Source: a virus
IMG/VR virus record: IMGVR_UViG_3300028829_002760
Span: 32,001-96,000 of that record
Length of the DNA: 64,000 bases
Reading direction: 5' to 3' (one strand)
Part shown: one piece after another, positions 18,206 to 27,688 of the stretch
Numbering within the stretch: position 1 is the first letter of the stretch
Layout of the letters: the number at the start of each line of letters is the position of its first letter
Program-made: the position numbers and the translations under genes
Notes under the pieces: model-generated
What the model was told of the DNA's origin: nothing
Seen by the model: the letters and a program-made list of their open reading frames with translations, nothing else
The model's database searches: none

Positions 18206-19055
18206 AGTTACCAGAAAGTCTATGGTAATTAGACCTTCTGGTAGATCTACAGATTTTATTTCACCAAGTTTTGGACACGGCTGTCTTTACAATTGTAACT
18301 ACTGTTATATGAAAAGACACAAACCTGAAGGATTAAACATAGCAAAGAATTATACAGATATATTATCTGAAATAAATTCACATGCTACTTTTGATACTAC
18401 AGAAAAACCTAATCAAACTCATGATGAGTATATTACTTATGATATAAGTTGTAATGAAGATTTTGCATTACATTCTAAATATCATAAATGGAAAAAAATA
18501 TTTGATTTTTTCCTAGAACACCCTAAAGCAATGGGATCATTTGCAACAAAGTATGTTAATAAAGACTTTCTTAATTATGATCCTAAAGGTAAAATTAGAG
18601 TTAGGTTCAGTCTTATGCCTGAAAAATGGAGAAAGATATTAGAGCCAAATACATCTACTACATTTGATAGAATTATGGCAATTGACTATTTTATAGAAGC
18701 TGGTTATGATGTTCATATAAACTTTAGTCCTGTTATAGTAAATAATGATTGGTTAAAAGAATACAAAGTTTTATTTGAAAACATTAATTATTCTGTAAAT
18801 AATAAATACAAAGACAGAGTAAAAGCTGAAGTAATATTTCTTACTCATAATGAAAGTAGACACAAATATAATTTAGATAATAAATTACCTGGAGAAGATT
18901 TAATTTGGGATCCTGAAATACAGGAAACTAAAAAATCTCAATATGGTGGGAAAAATTTAAGATACAAACATGATTTCAAAGCAGAGTATATTAAACAATG
19001 GACAGAGGTTCATAATAATATTATACCCTGGAATACAATAAGATATATATTTTAG
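18189..19055 (+). CDS. Spore-photoproduct-lyase-like radical SAM protein
   Basis: GCLYNCNYCY (CxxxCxxC), ATK, RFSL, LEPNTS, NFSPVI. Confidence 0.8.
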   Translation: MSLVTKVTRKSMVIRPSGRSTDFISPSFGHGCLYNCNYCYMKRHKPEGLNIAKNYTDILSEINSHATFDTTEKPNQTHDEYITYDISCNEDFALHSKYHKWKKIFDFFLEHPKAMGSFATKYVNKDFLNYDPKGKIRVRFSLMPEKWRKILEPNTSTTFDRIMAIDYFIEAGYDVHINFSPVIVNNDWLKEYKVLFENINYSVNNKYKDRVKAEVIFLTHNESRHKYNLDNKLPGEDLIWDPEIQETKKSQYGGKNLRYKHDFKAEYIKQWTEVHNNIIPWNTIRYIF

Positions 19056-19057
19056 TT

Positions 19058-19456
19058 ATGATAACACATTTTAAAGACAAACAATTAAAAAAACTTGTAG
19101 AAGATATAGCAAAAGAACATTATGATATAACTAGTGATTTAGGTTTATCTAATTTATCATATTTATGGTTTATGTACGCTAATGGATCTAAGAAAGGTGA
19201 TTTTAAACCTTTTATATTTTTAGCCGAAGTTAATTTATTAGTTAGATTAAATTATCTAGATAATGAAGAAAAAAGAAACATAATAGGGTTAATGGTTAGT
19301 TCTGATGAAGATAACATATACATAGCAGGCTTATCTATCCTTGAATTAAGGAAACAAAGAATAAAAGATTTGGGAAAATATACTAAAGATAATAAACACT
19401 ATGAGTTAGTAGATTATCATAAAGAAGTAATAAATACTGATGATTTTAAACATTAA
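19058..19456 (+). CDS. Hypothetical protein
   Basis: 132-aa ORF. Confidence 0.65.
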   Translation: MITHFKDKQLKKLVEDIAKEHYDITSDLGLSNLSYLWFMYANGSKKGDFKPFIFLAEVNLLVRLNYLDNEEKRNIIGLMVSSDEDNIYIAGLSILELRKQRIKDLGKYTKDNKHYELVDYHKEVINTDDFKH

Positions 19457-19582
19457 TAATAAAAATTATAATCTAAAATAAAAATGAGTAAAAAACTATA
19501 CATAAAAAGAAGATGGATAAGACATCTAATAAAAGTAAGTAATAAACTCAGTTTTAGATCAAAATTATAAAAAAGTTAAAAT

Positions 19583-19696
19583 ATGGATAAACCTTGTTAC
19601 AGTTGTCATGTTATAAAAGACACATCAGACATGGAAGAACTTGGAGTATGGGTGTGTAAAGATTGTTTAAAGAAAAAAAAGACAAAAAGTAAATGA
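19583..19696 (+). CDS. 37-aa Zn-finger-like microprotein (not in ORF track)
   Basis: MDKPCYSCH...WVCKDC; ATGA overlap with 19693. Confidence 0.45.
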   Translation: MDKPCYSCHVIKDTSDMEELGVWVCKDCLKKKKTKSK

Positions 19697-19884
19697 GCAA
19701 GGGTAGAAAAAAAGGTAGTAAAAATAATGTAAGGAATGCTTCTAAAATAATTAAGAACTCTAAAACTAAGAAAATAGATAAAGAAAAAATTAAAAAGTTA
19801 ATAGAGTTAGCAAATGCTATTATTATTCCAGCATCTGAAATCTTACCTGAAACTTATAAAAAAAATATAAAATATGAGAGATAA
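19693..19884 (+). CDS. Basic hypothetical protein
   Basis: ORF track. Confidence 0.5.
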   Translation: MSKGRKKGSKNNVRNASKIIKNSKTKKIDKEKIKKLIELANAIIIPASEILPETYKKNIKYER

Positions 19885-20209
19885 ACTAATCATTATAATA
19901 GAAAAACATGGTCTATGGTTCTTTGCTTTATGGTGTGTATTTTTAGTAATTGCTTTAACGAGTTGTTCAGAAAGATTTCAAAATTCAGATCAAAGATTAG
20001 AGAAAAGAAATAATGCTGAGGTAATTAATGCAAAGATTTATAAAACTGAGATTCATTCAGACATTATAGAAACATTTGAAATGGATGGCTATAAAGTTAT
20101 ATTATGGCATAACGGATATGGTAGTGATATGGAAGTTATTCCAATTGAAAATTCTACAATTAATAGTAATTGCTTTAACAAGCTAAACCAAAACAAAGAT
20201 GGTGAGTAA
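19874..20209 (+). CDS. Putative lipoprotein
   Basis: Hydrophobic segment ending in LTSC lipobox. Confidence 0.55.
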   Translation: MRDKLIIIIEKHGLWFFALWCVFLVIALTSCSERFQNSDQRLEKRNNAEVINAKIYKTEIHSDIIETFEMDGYKVILWHNGYGSDMEVIPIENSTINSNCFNKLNQNKDGE

Positions 20210-20591
20210 AGAATTTATACCATATGAAGAAGCATTAGCTTTGAAAGAGTTAGGATTTAATGAAAAAGAATGTTTGGGATTTTGGAGTAAAATTCACGGG
20301 TTGTTCATTACCAAAACAACAGGTGAGTTAAATGAAAATGCTGGTGAATGTAAAGCACCACTATACCAACAAGCATTTAGATGGTTTAGAGAAAAACATA
20401 GTCTATTTCATGTTATCACAATAGCAGATCTTGGAAAATATGAGACAGGTGATCCTGACTTTCAGTGTGCTATTTATAGTAAAGATCCTGTAGTAATTAC
20501 AAATATAGATACTTGTAATACATATGAAGAAGCAGAACTTGAATGTCTTAGAAAACTAATTGAAATTGTAAACCAAAACAAAGATGGGTAA
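20199..20591 (+). CDS. Hypothetical phage protein
   Basis: Starts and ends in junction repeats. Confidence 0.7.
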   Translation: MVSKEFIPYEEALALKELGFNEKECLGFWSKIHGLFITKTTGELNENAGECKAPLYQQAFRWFREKHSLFHVITIADLGKYETGDPDFQCAIYSKDPVVITNIDTCNTYEEAELECLRKLIEIVNQNKDG

Positions 20592-20997
20592 AGAAACATT
20601 ATTAGAGTTTAGATTAAGATTAAATAAAGACGTACCAGCGTATCACCAAAAGGGTTATGAAGATACTTTCTATATTAGTATTGAAAGTTTAGCAAGAGTA
20701 CCAATAGATAACCACTGGGATATTATTAGTGTGATGGGTAAACTAATTCTAAAAAGAAAATTAAAAAATTTGTATATAGAAATCCAAAATTACAAGGGGT
20801 ATGATTGTGGGCATAAAATGATGTTAATTATTAGTAGTGACTACTATAATTTAGTAAAGTCATTTAATGACGTAGCAGATAAACTGTCTAAAATGGATAA
20901 AGACTGTCCTAAATTTAGATTTGAATTAGAAGATAGAACTGCTGATATTGATGAAGATATGCCAGGAGAATTTGTAAAAATAAAAGAAGATGAGTAA
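20584..20997 (+). CDS. Hypothetical protein
   Basis: Starts in a junction repeat. Confidence 0.65.
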   Translation: MGKETLLEFRLRLNKDVPAYHQKGYEDTFYISIESLARVPIDNHWDIISVMGKLILKRKLKNLYIEIQNYKGYDCGHKMMLIISSDYYNLVKSFNDVADKLSKMDKDCPKFRFELEDRTADIDEDMPGEFVKIKEDE

Positions 20998-21133
20998 ATT
21001 ATATTTAACAGCAAATAAAGAAGAGTTATTAAAAAAATATCCTAAAATGACACTTAAAGAATTGTATAAAAATAAAATGATACAGGATAAACCATTTATA
21101 GAACAAACAGGTAAACCAATAAAACCAAAATAA
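20990..21133 (+). CDS. 47-aa microprotein (not in ORF track)
   Basis: Fills the gap between junction repeats; manual translation MSKLYL...KPIKPK. Confidence 0.45.
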   Translation: MSKLYLTANKEELLKKYPKMTLKELYKNKMIQDKPFIEQTGKPIKPK

Positions 21134-21135
21134 AG

Positions 21136-21255
21136 ATGAGTGAATTAATAAGTCTTTGTTGTAATGAGGAATTAATTTTAGTTGCATCTATTGATACAAG
21201 AAGATTATATAAATGTAGTAAATGCAAAAACTACACAAAACCAAAACAAAGATGA
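21136..21255 (+). CDS. 39-aa Cys-rich microprotein (not in ORF track)
   Basis: MSELISLCC...YKCSKCK; bounded by two junction repeats. Confidence 0.5.
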   Translation: MSELISLCCNEELILVASIDTRRLYKCSKCKNYTKPKQR

Positions 21256-21335
21256 CTGAATATAAAACAGTATTTAAATTTAACATATTGGGTTATAAAA
21301 TAAGGATCTATAAAAAAAGATATAAAGATGGCTGA
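21252..21335 (+). CDS. 27-aa microprotein (not in ORF track)
   Basis: Starts in a junction repeat and overlaps the start at 21328. Confidence 0.35.
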   Translation: MTEYKTVFKFNILGYKIRIYKKRYKDG

Positions 21336-21678
21336 TAAAGATGTTATAAAAATGTGGACTGATAAAGACATGTTAGATTTTGCACGTATTTCTACTGAAG
21401 GTCCTTACGGTGACTATAGTGGTTGCAGAACAATAGAAAGTAAGTTAAGTAGGTATAAAAAAATACAGAAAGAAATGATTAACAGTGGTAAAGAATGGAA
21501 TTGGATGGATAATTATCCTAATAACTATCTTAAGTTAAAAAAAGAAAAAAAAGAAAAGGAGATAGTTGAACTAGCAGAAGAGATTAGTTTTAGACTATTA
21601 GCTACAAAAAAACATCCAGAACATAAATGGCTAATTAAAAAATTAAGTAAGGTTATTAAATCATTAGAAGATAAATAG
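21328..21678 (+). CDS. Hypothetical protein
   Basis: ORF track. Confidence 0.6.
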   Translation: MADKDVIKMWTDKDMLDFARISTEGPYGDYSGCRTIESKLSRYKKIQKEMINSGKEWNWMDNYPNNYLKLKKEKKEKEIVELAEEISFRLLATKKHPEHKWLIKKLSKVIKSLEDK

Positions 21679-21767
21679 AAGAACACAAAGAAAAAAAGCT
21701 TACTTATTTGCTTGCATTAGTTTATTTTTGAAGATTATTATAATGTATTTAATTTTAACTAGATAGT

Positions 21768-21944
21768 ATGGATGAAATAAAAATAGAAATTCAAATTAAA
21801 CAATTAAAAAGTAAACTAACAGGAAATTTACTTATTGACTCAGAAATTCATCAAGAAATTTATGAGCTAAAGAAAATTTTAAATCCTAAAATTGTTGAAC
21901 AACCCGAGCTAGATGATGATGAATGTCTTTCATGTGGTTCATAA
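21768..21944 (+). CDS. 58-aa protein ending in an RNR-alpha-like tail DDDECLSCGS (not in ORF track)
   Basis: Manual translation MDEIKIE...ELDDDECLSCGS*. Confidence 0.6.
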   Translation: MDEIKIEIQIKQLKSKLTGNLLIDSEIHQEIYELKKILNPKIVEQPELDDDECLSCGS

Positions 21945-21954
21945 TATTTAAAGT

Positions 21955-22347
21955 ATGAGTAAAAATCAGAAATCAAGTAATAAACAATATAATGAGCATG
22001 GTAGAGAATATGCTCCATATAATGATGATATTATTATTGCACATTTAAATGGAATGTCAGATTTAGAAATAGCTAATGTTTTAGAGAGAAAAGTAAAAAA
22101 TCTTTCTAAACAAAGAACAAGAGTAATTCGTGATTTTGTATTAAATAATATAAGATCAATGAACTATTTTGTTTGGATGGCACATAAGCATAAGTTGGAA
22201 AATGATTTATTAATTGAAAAATTAAATGCTGTTGGAATTAAAATTGAAGTTGAAGTTTGTGATAAAGATATATCAGATGATATTAAAAATAATTTTAATA
22301 CTGTTTCAAATGGTAAAAAAATTAAAGATCCAAAATGGGAAGTATAG
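21955..22347 (+). CDS. Hypothetical protein
   Basis: ORF track. Confidence 0.6.
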   Translation: MSKNQKSSNKQYNEHGREYAPYNDDIIIAHLNGMSDLEIANVLERKVKNLSKQRTRVIRDFVLNNIRSMNYFVWMAHKHKLENDLLIEKLNAVGIKIEVEVCDKDISDDIKNNFNTVSNGKKIKDPKWEV

Positions 22348-22595
22348 CAGAAACAGATTTAATTAAACTTGGCTTTGAAAAAATCATAGTTAAGAATGAA
22401 GAAAGTCAAAACGGTTTTGATTACTATTATTATATTAAAGAGGTTTGTAAAAATGTCTTACTACATAGTACAGATAGTAAGGATGTTAAAAATGATAACT
22501 GGGAACTTAAATGTTATGAGATCCCTAGTATTAAAATTTCTAATATTTATAATTTTAATCAATTTATAGAAGTGTTGAACAATATAATTTGTTAA
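22335..22595 (+). CDS. Hypothetical protein
   Basis: ORF track. Confidence 0.6.
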   Translation: MGSIAETDLIKLGFEKIIVKNEESQNGFDYYYYIKEVCKNVLLHSTDSKDVKNDNWELKCYEIPSIKISNIYNFNQFIEVLNNIIC

Positions 22596-22951
22596 TAATG
22601 TTTAGTGGAAAATTTATAAAGAAAGACGGTAAAATTGTATATGATTCCCCAAAAGATAAATTATCCTATGAGATTTTTATAGGTAAGTTAAAAGAGGGTC
22701 AAAAAGTTGAAATGTATATAGATTTGGCTAGTTCAGATAAAAGTACAGCACAACTTGCAAAAGTACATGCGTGTATTAGAGAATTAGCAAAAGAATCTGG
22801 TAATACATTTGACGATATGAAAAATATTATAAAGAAAGAAGCAGGATTTGAAGATAAATCTTTTGCTGACTGTAGTAAAGATGAATTAATGTTTGCTATT
22901 GAAGCTTGTATAGATTTAGGTAAAAATTATTTTAATCTAAACCTTCATTAG
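22589..22951 (+). CDS. NinB/Orf-like recombination accessory protein
   Basis: KSTAQLAKVHACIRELAKESG...K...KSFADCSKDEL pattern. Confidence 0.5.
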   Translation: MLIMFSGKFIKKDGKIVYDSPKDKLSYEIFIGKLKEGQKVEMYIDLASSDKSTAQLAKVHACIRELAKESGNTFDDMKNIIKKEAGFEDKSFADCSKDELMFAIEACIDLGKNYFNLNLH

Positions 22952-23267
22952 ATTCAAGTTTAGGTTCTTCATATCCTTCATCACCAGGTTGAAGAACTTC
23001 TTTTTCTATAAATAAGTTATTTTCAGTAGCTTGTTTTTCTATTTCAGCTAGTAAAAGAACAATAGTATAAAATGCTCGTTGATCATCATCAAGATTTTCA
23101 TATTTATCATTCATGATTTTCTTAAAATACTCATCACCATTTTCTTTATCTGGAATATTCATTCCTTTTAATATTGTGTAAGATGCTGCTTTTGCCATCA
23201 TATAGTAACTTTTATTTACTTTTACGTCAAGCATTGCATCATCTTTTAACTCTTTTACTTTTATCAT
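22932..23267 (-). CDS. Hypothetical protein, lone antisense gene
   Basis: Fills the gap between plus-strand genes; ATG 23267 (MIKVKEL) avoids overlap with UDG. Confidence 0.6.
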   Translation of the reverse strand: MIKVKELKDDAMLDVKVNKSYYMMAKAASYTILKGMNIPDKENGDEYFKKIMNDKYENLDDDQRAFYTIVLLLAEIEKQATENNLFIEKEVLQPGDEGYEEPKLESNEGLD

Positions 23268-23298
23268 AATAATGAATTTTAACAAAAATAATAAAAAT

Positions 23299-23997
23299 AT
23301 GCAATTAGAAGAAATTAAACTTAAATTGTTTGAAAAATTAAAACCTAGTGGGTGGGATAGAGTATTTAAATCTTTTATATTTAGTAGTGACTTTGACAAC
23401 ATAATTAAAAAATTATGGGATCTCAGTCAATCAGATAAAAGATTTACTCCTCCATTAAAACAAGTCTTTAGAGCATTTGAAGAATGTCCTTATAATGATT
23501 TAAAAGTTGTTATGATAGGACAAGATCCCTACCCTCAATTAGGAGTTGCAGATGGTATAGCTTTTTCTTGTTCTAATACAGGAAAAGAAAAACCATCTTT
23601 AAGATATATTTTTAAAGCAGTTGAAGACACTGTTTATCCTGGTGAAGGTCATTCTTGGGATCCAGATCTTAAAAGATGGTCTAATCAAGGTATTCTTATG
23701 TTAAACACAGCGTTAACAGTTGAGGTAGGTAAAATAGGTAGTCATTATGATATATGGAAACCTTTTACTGCTTATTTACTTGATTGGTTAACTAATTATA
23801 ATACTGGATTAATTTATGCCTATATGGGAAAAAAAGCTGAAGAATGGTCTGAACTTACTAATGACAATAATCATAAGTTTTTTGTTAAACATCCTGCTTC
23901 TGCTGCTTATAACGGGTCTAAGTGGGATTGTGATAATCTATTTACTAAAGTATCTAGCTTATCGAATAAATTAAATGGAGAACCTATAATTTGGTAA
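23299..23997 (+). CDS. ung: Uracil-DNA glycosylase (family 1)
   Basis: VVMIGQDPYP, GIAFS, W..QGILMLNTALTV, HPAS. Confidence 0.9.
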   Translation: MQLEEIKLKLFEKLKPSGWDRVFKSFIFSSDFDNIIKKLWDLSQSDKRFTPPLKQVFRAFEECPYNDLKVVMIGQDPYPQLGVADGIAFSCSNTGKEKPSLRYIFKAVEDTVYPGEGHSWDPDLKRWSNQGILMLNTALTVEVGKIGSHYDIWKPFTAYLLDWLTNYNTGLIYAYMGKKAEEWSELTNDNNHKFFVKHPASAAYNGSKWDCDNLFTKVSSLSNKLNGEPIIW

Positions 23998-24587
23998 TTA
24001 TGAATGAAATATTTAATTTATTGATTAAAGAGAATTTAACACCAAATTCTTTTTATATTTTATATTGTATAAAAGAAAATATAGTACCCTCTAAAATAGT
24101 ATCTAAAGAGCTAGAATGTAAGAGGTTAAGTAATCAAGAATGGATTGATGATAATTTGGAATTGACTACGAAAAGTATTATTTTTATGACTAAGATTGAT
24201 GCTTACTTTAAGAAATCTAAGAAGAAAACTTCTAAAATTTTAATGGGTGATAATTTCATGCAGAATATAGATGCATATGTAAAATTATTCCCTAATAAAA
24301 AGTTATCATCTGGTAAATATGCAAGAGTACCTGCTAAAAGTTTGGAAAATGCTTTTAGATGGTTCTTTGAGAATTATGAATATGATTGGCAAACTATATT
24401 TTCTGCAACTCAGAAGTATATTGGTGAATATGAAACTAAGAATTATGATTATATGAGGACATCTCGTTACTTTATTAGAAAACAGAATGTGGATAAATCT
24501 TGGGACTCTGATCTAGCTGTCTATTGTGAGTATTTAAATGATGCTCCTGAAAATGATGAAAACCCTTTTGAAGAATTAATTATATAA
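23991..24587 (+). CDS. Hypothetical replication-region protein
   Basis: Immediately upstream of DnaB. Confidence 0.6.
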   Translation: MVIMNEIFNLLIKENLTPNSFYILYCIKENIVPSKIVSKELECKRLSNQEWIDDNLELTTKSIIFMTKIDAYFKKSKKKTSKILMGDNFMQNIDAYVKLFPNKKLSSGKYARVPAKSLENAFRWFFENYEYDWQTIFSATQKYIGEYETKNYDYMRTSRYFIRKQNVDKSWDSDLAVYCEYLNDAPENDENPFEELII

Positions 24588-24597
24588 ACAAATTAAT

Positions 24598-25605
24598 ATG
24601 CCAAAACTCTTTGATGGTGCTAAGCACTTATTACCAGTTAGTGAAAGAGAGAGTCTAGAAAAAGGTCTTATTAAAATGAAAGCAAGAAGAGAAGGTAAAC
24701 TACCTTCTTTAATAAGTTCTTGGCCTAAATTTAATGATGCTTTTTGTGATGGACTTGAATGGAAAACAATTACTGTAGTGGGTGCAAGACCTGGTACTGG
24801 TAAAACACTTTTTATGGACCAATTAGTTTCAGATATTGTTAAGATAAACACTAATCAAGTGTTTAGAATTCTTAAGTTCCAAATGGAAATGGTAGATGAA
24901 ACTAGTGCTATAAGAAAGTTTGGTCTGATTACAGGTGCTGATTATAATACATTAATGAGTAAAGATGGAAAATTAGTTGATAGAGGTATTTATGACAAGT
25001 GTGTAGATTATTATAAAGAAAGTTCTAGGAATGATATTATAAATGTAATCTATGATGTATGTACTGTTAAAGAGATGTGCGCTTCAATTCATTATGAATT
25101 TGAAAGACATAAAAAATCTAATGGTGCATATCAGAACATGCTAGTTACAATAGATCATTCAGCTTTATTTGCTGTAGACTTTGGTCAGAAAGATAAATTT
25201 GCAATGTTAAATGCATTAGGAGAAGCATTGACTATGATGAAGAAAAACTATCCTGTTGCTTTTGTAGTATTAAGTCAATTAAATAGGAATATTGATGATC
25301 CCAAAAGACAGATAGAAGGTACGTATGGAAACTATGTTTTAGATTCTGATATTTATGGTTCAGATGCTTTATTACAACATGCAGATATAGTAATGGGGAT
25401 AAATAAACCTTCTATAAGAAAAATAAGAAAGTATGGACCTGAAAAATTTATCATTGAAGACCCTGATACTTTAGTGTTTCATTTCTTAAAATCACGTAAT
25501 GGTCTTATTAGAACTAGTTTTTTCAAATTAGATAGAACTACAATGAGAATAGAAGAAATGAATACTCCAGGTAGAGAAACAATAAAAACAATGAACCAAT
25601 ACTAA
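24598..25605 (+). CDS. dnaB: DnaB-like replicative helicase
   Basis: GARPGTGKT, QMEM, IDH, LSQLNR, KSRNG. Confidence 0.9.
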   Translation: MPKLFDGAKHLLPVSERESLEKGLIKMKARREGKLPSLISSWPKFNDAFCDGLEWKTITVVGARPGTGKTLFMDQLVSDIVKINTNQVFRILKFQMEMVDETSAIRKFGLITGADYNTLMSKDGKLVDRGIYDKCVDYYKESSRNDIINVIYDVCTVKEMCASIHYEFERHKKSNGAYQNMLVTIDHSALFAVDFGQKDKFAMLNALGEALTMMKKNYPVAFVVLSQLNRNIDDPKRQIEGTYGNYVLDSDIYGSDALLQHADIVMGINKPSIRKIRKYGPEKFIIEDPDTLVFHFLKSRNGLIRTSFFKLDRTTMRIEEMNTPGRETIKTMNQY

Positions 25606-25615
25606 ATACTATGAA

Positions 25616-26212
25616 ATGAGTAAAAGAAAAGAAAAAGAAAGAGAATTTTATACACAACATATGGATGCTTTTAAAGCAATAGGTATTGCTGATCCATTTT
25701 TTACTATTAAAACAGCCTTTTTTAAGAAAGGTAAATATGGTAGACAATGTCAATTTTTTGAATGGGAATTGAAAAAAGAAGAGGATATATATATTGAGTT
25801 CTATGATAATGTTTATGATGATAATGGGAAGAGTACAGATATGATCCCCATGAATGATGATAGACAGTTATTTAAGCTAAAGTATAATCCGTACTATAAT
25901 GAAGAATATGATTGCATTGAACAATATGATTCTAAAGGTAATCCAGATAAGAAGTTTCTGGTACCCGTAAATGAAATGTCAGTAGTATTAAGAAGTGGGC
26001 AAGAAATTAGTCATAGCTTATATGAAAAAAGAAAAGAAGATGCTAAATCAGAAATTCCTGAACTACAAAAATCTACTACATTGTTTCCTGATTTTGAAGA
26101 AGAGTTTCCATCTAATAAAGTAATAAATGATGATGAATTTAAAAAAGCTTTAATAGATTTTGCACATAATTTGAAAAATGCAAGTGATGAATTAATAAAA
26201 AGAATATCATGA
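25616..26212 (+). CDS. Hypothetical protein
   Basis: 198-aa ORF. Confidence 0.65.
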   Translation: MSKRKEKEREFYTQHMDAFKAIGIADPFFTIKTAFFKKGKYGRQCQFFEWELKKEEDIYIEFYDNVYDDNGKSTDMIPMNDDRQLFKLKYNPYYNEEYDCIEQYDSKGNPDKKFLVPVNEMSVVLRSGQEISHSLYEKRKEDAKSEIPELQKSTTLFPDFEEEFPSNKVINDDEFKKALIDFAHNLKNASDELIKRIS

Positions 26213-26931
26213 GTACAATAGTATTACCAACAAAAAAAGTAAAAGCTGAAAGAGTAAATCCAAAAAGATTATTAGTTTATTCTAAGCCTAAAACAGGTAA
26301 GACAACTGCATTTGCAGGTCTTAAGGATAATTTAATTTTGGATTTAGAAAATGGTGCTGAATATGTAGAAGCATTAAAAATAAAAATTACTGATCTGCAA
26401 GAACTATTAGATACTGGTAAAGCAATTAAAGAAGCTGATAAACCATATAAATATGTAACTGTAGATACTGTAACAGCATTGGAAGAAATGATAATGCCTT
26501 TAGCAATAAAACAATATAAACAAACTCCCATGGGTAAAAACTATAGTGGAGATAATTTAACTACCTTAGCAAATGGTGCAGGATATTTATATATCCGTCA
26601 AGCATTTTTTCAAGTTTTAGATTTTATTGATACTTTAGCACCCACAATTATTTTATCTGGACACATCAAAGACAAAGTTGTTGATGATAAAGGAGAAATG
26701 GTTATGTCTGCTAATATTGATCTTACAGGTAAAATTAAATCTTTAATTTGTGCCAATTCAGATGCAATAGGGTATATGTATAGAAAGGGTAACCAAACTA
26801 TTATGTCTTTTAAGACTAATGATGAAGTTACGTGCGGAGCTCGTCCAGAACACTTACGTAATGAAGAAATAGTAATTACCGAAATGATTGATGGTGTTAT
26901 AAAAACATCATGGGATAAAGTTTTTGTTTAA
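26209..26931 (+). CDS. Sak4/AAA_24-like P-loop ATPase (single-strand annealing)
   Basis: YSKPKTGKTT, LDLENG, VDTVT, LSGH, DAIGY. Confidence 0.75.
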   Translation: MSTIVLPTKKVKAERVNPKRLLVYSKPKTGKTTAFAGLKDNLILDLENGAEYVEALKIKITDLQELLDTGKAIKEADKPYKYVTVDTVTALEEMIMPLAIKQYKQTPMGKNYSGDNLTTLANGAGYLYIRQAFFQVLDFIDTLAPTIILSGHIKDKVVDDKGEMVMSANIDLTGKIKSLICANSDAIGYMYRKGNQTIMSFKTNDEVTCGARPEHLRNEEIVITEMIDGVIKTSWDKVFV

Positions 26932-26954
26932 TAATTAAAAAAAAAGAAAAAAGT

Positions 26955-27632
26955 ATGGCTTTAAGTACAGAAGACTTGGGAACTGGATCTGGATCTGGTT
27001 TACCAAAAACAATTAGTCCAGGAAATAACATTTTAAAAATTAATAGCATTACACTAGATGTATTTAAATTTATTGATAATGCTTATCATTTAATGTTACA
27101 TGTAGAAACTAAACCTATTGATGGGTTTGATGGTTTTTCTATTGATCGTAATAATCCAGATGCAGGAAATTATTCTGGACAAATTGGTAGAGTAAAAGCT
27201 AGTCAATATGCATTTGCAGATGGTGAAACTAAATCTGGGATTAAAATCCAAAGAGATAGATCTATTCTAATATTCCTACAAAATCTTTGTAAGAATTTAG
27301 GTATAAATGATTGGATGGCTAATCAGCATAATGAGCATGAAACAATTGAAGATTTTGTTAAAGCGTTTAATGATGAAGCACCATTTAAAGATAAATATCT
27401 TGAATACTGTGTGGCAGGTAAAGAATATGTAGGTAAAACAGGTTATACTAATTATGACATGTGGTTACCAAAAGCACAAAATGGAAAGTATGCATTTGGT
27501 CAAGTTGAAAATGGTAAAGTTATTACCTATGATGAGAATACTCATTTAAAAAAACTTGAAAATAAACCAGTAGAAAGTTTTGGGGATGACTTTTCTAAAA
27601 AGAAATCTAATAAAGATTTTTCTCTAGACTAA
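26955..27632 (+). CDS. Putative ssDNA-binding protein
   Basis: Lies between the Sak4-like ATPase and primase; C-terminus ending DFSLD; inferred from context. Confidence 0.4.
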   Translation: MALSTEDLGTGSGSGLPKTISPGNNILKINSITLDVFKFIDNAYHLMLHVETKPIDGFDGFSIDRNNPDAGNYSGQIGRVKASQYAFADGETKSGIKIQRDRSILIFLQNLCKNLGINDWMANQHNEHETIEDFVKAFNDEAPFKDKYLEYCVAGKEYVGKTGYTNYDMWLPKAQNGKYAFGQVENGKVITYDENTHLKKLENKPVESFGDDFSKKKSNKDFSLD

Positions 27633-27645
27633 TAAATTAAGTATA

Positions 27646-27669
27646 GAGGGGAATCATATGGTTCCCCTC
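27646..27669 (+). terminator. Hairpin/terminator
   Basis: GAGGGGAA/TTCCCCTC. Confidence 0.5.
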
Positions 27670-27688
27670 AACTTTTAAAATTTAGTCT

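Larger units (their letters stand above)
20184..21254 (+). repeat. Gene-junction repeat AAACCAAAAYAAAGATG (20185, 20570, 21122, 21238)
   Basis: Four near-exact 17-mers, each ending in the ATG of the next ORF. Confidence 0.8.
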
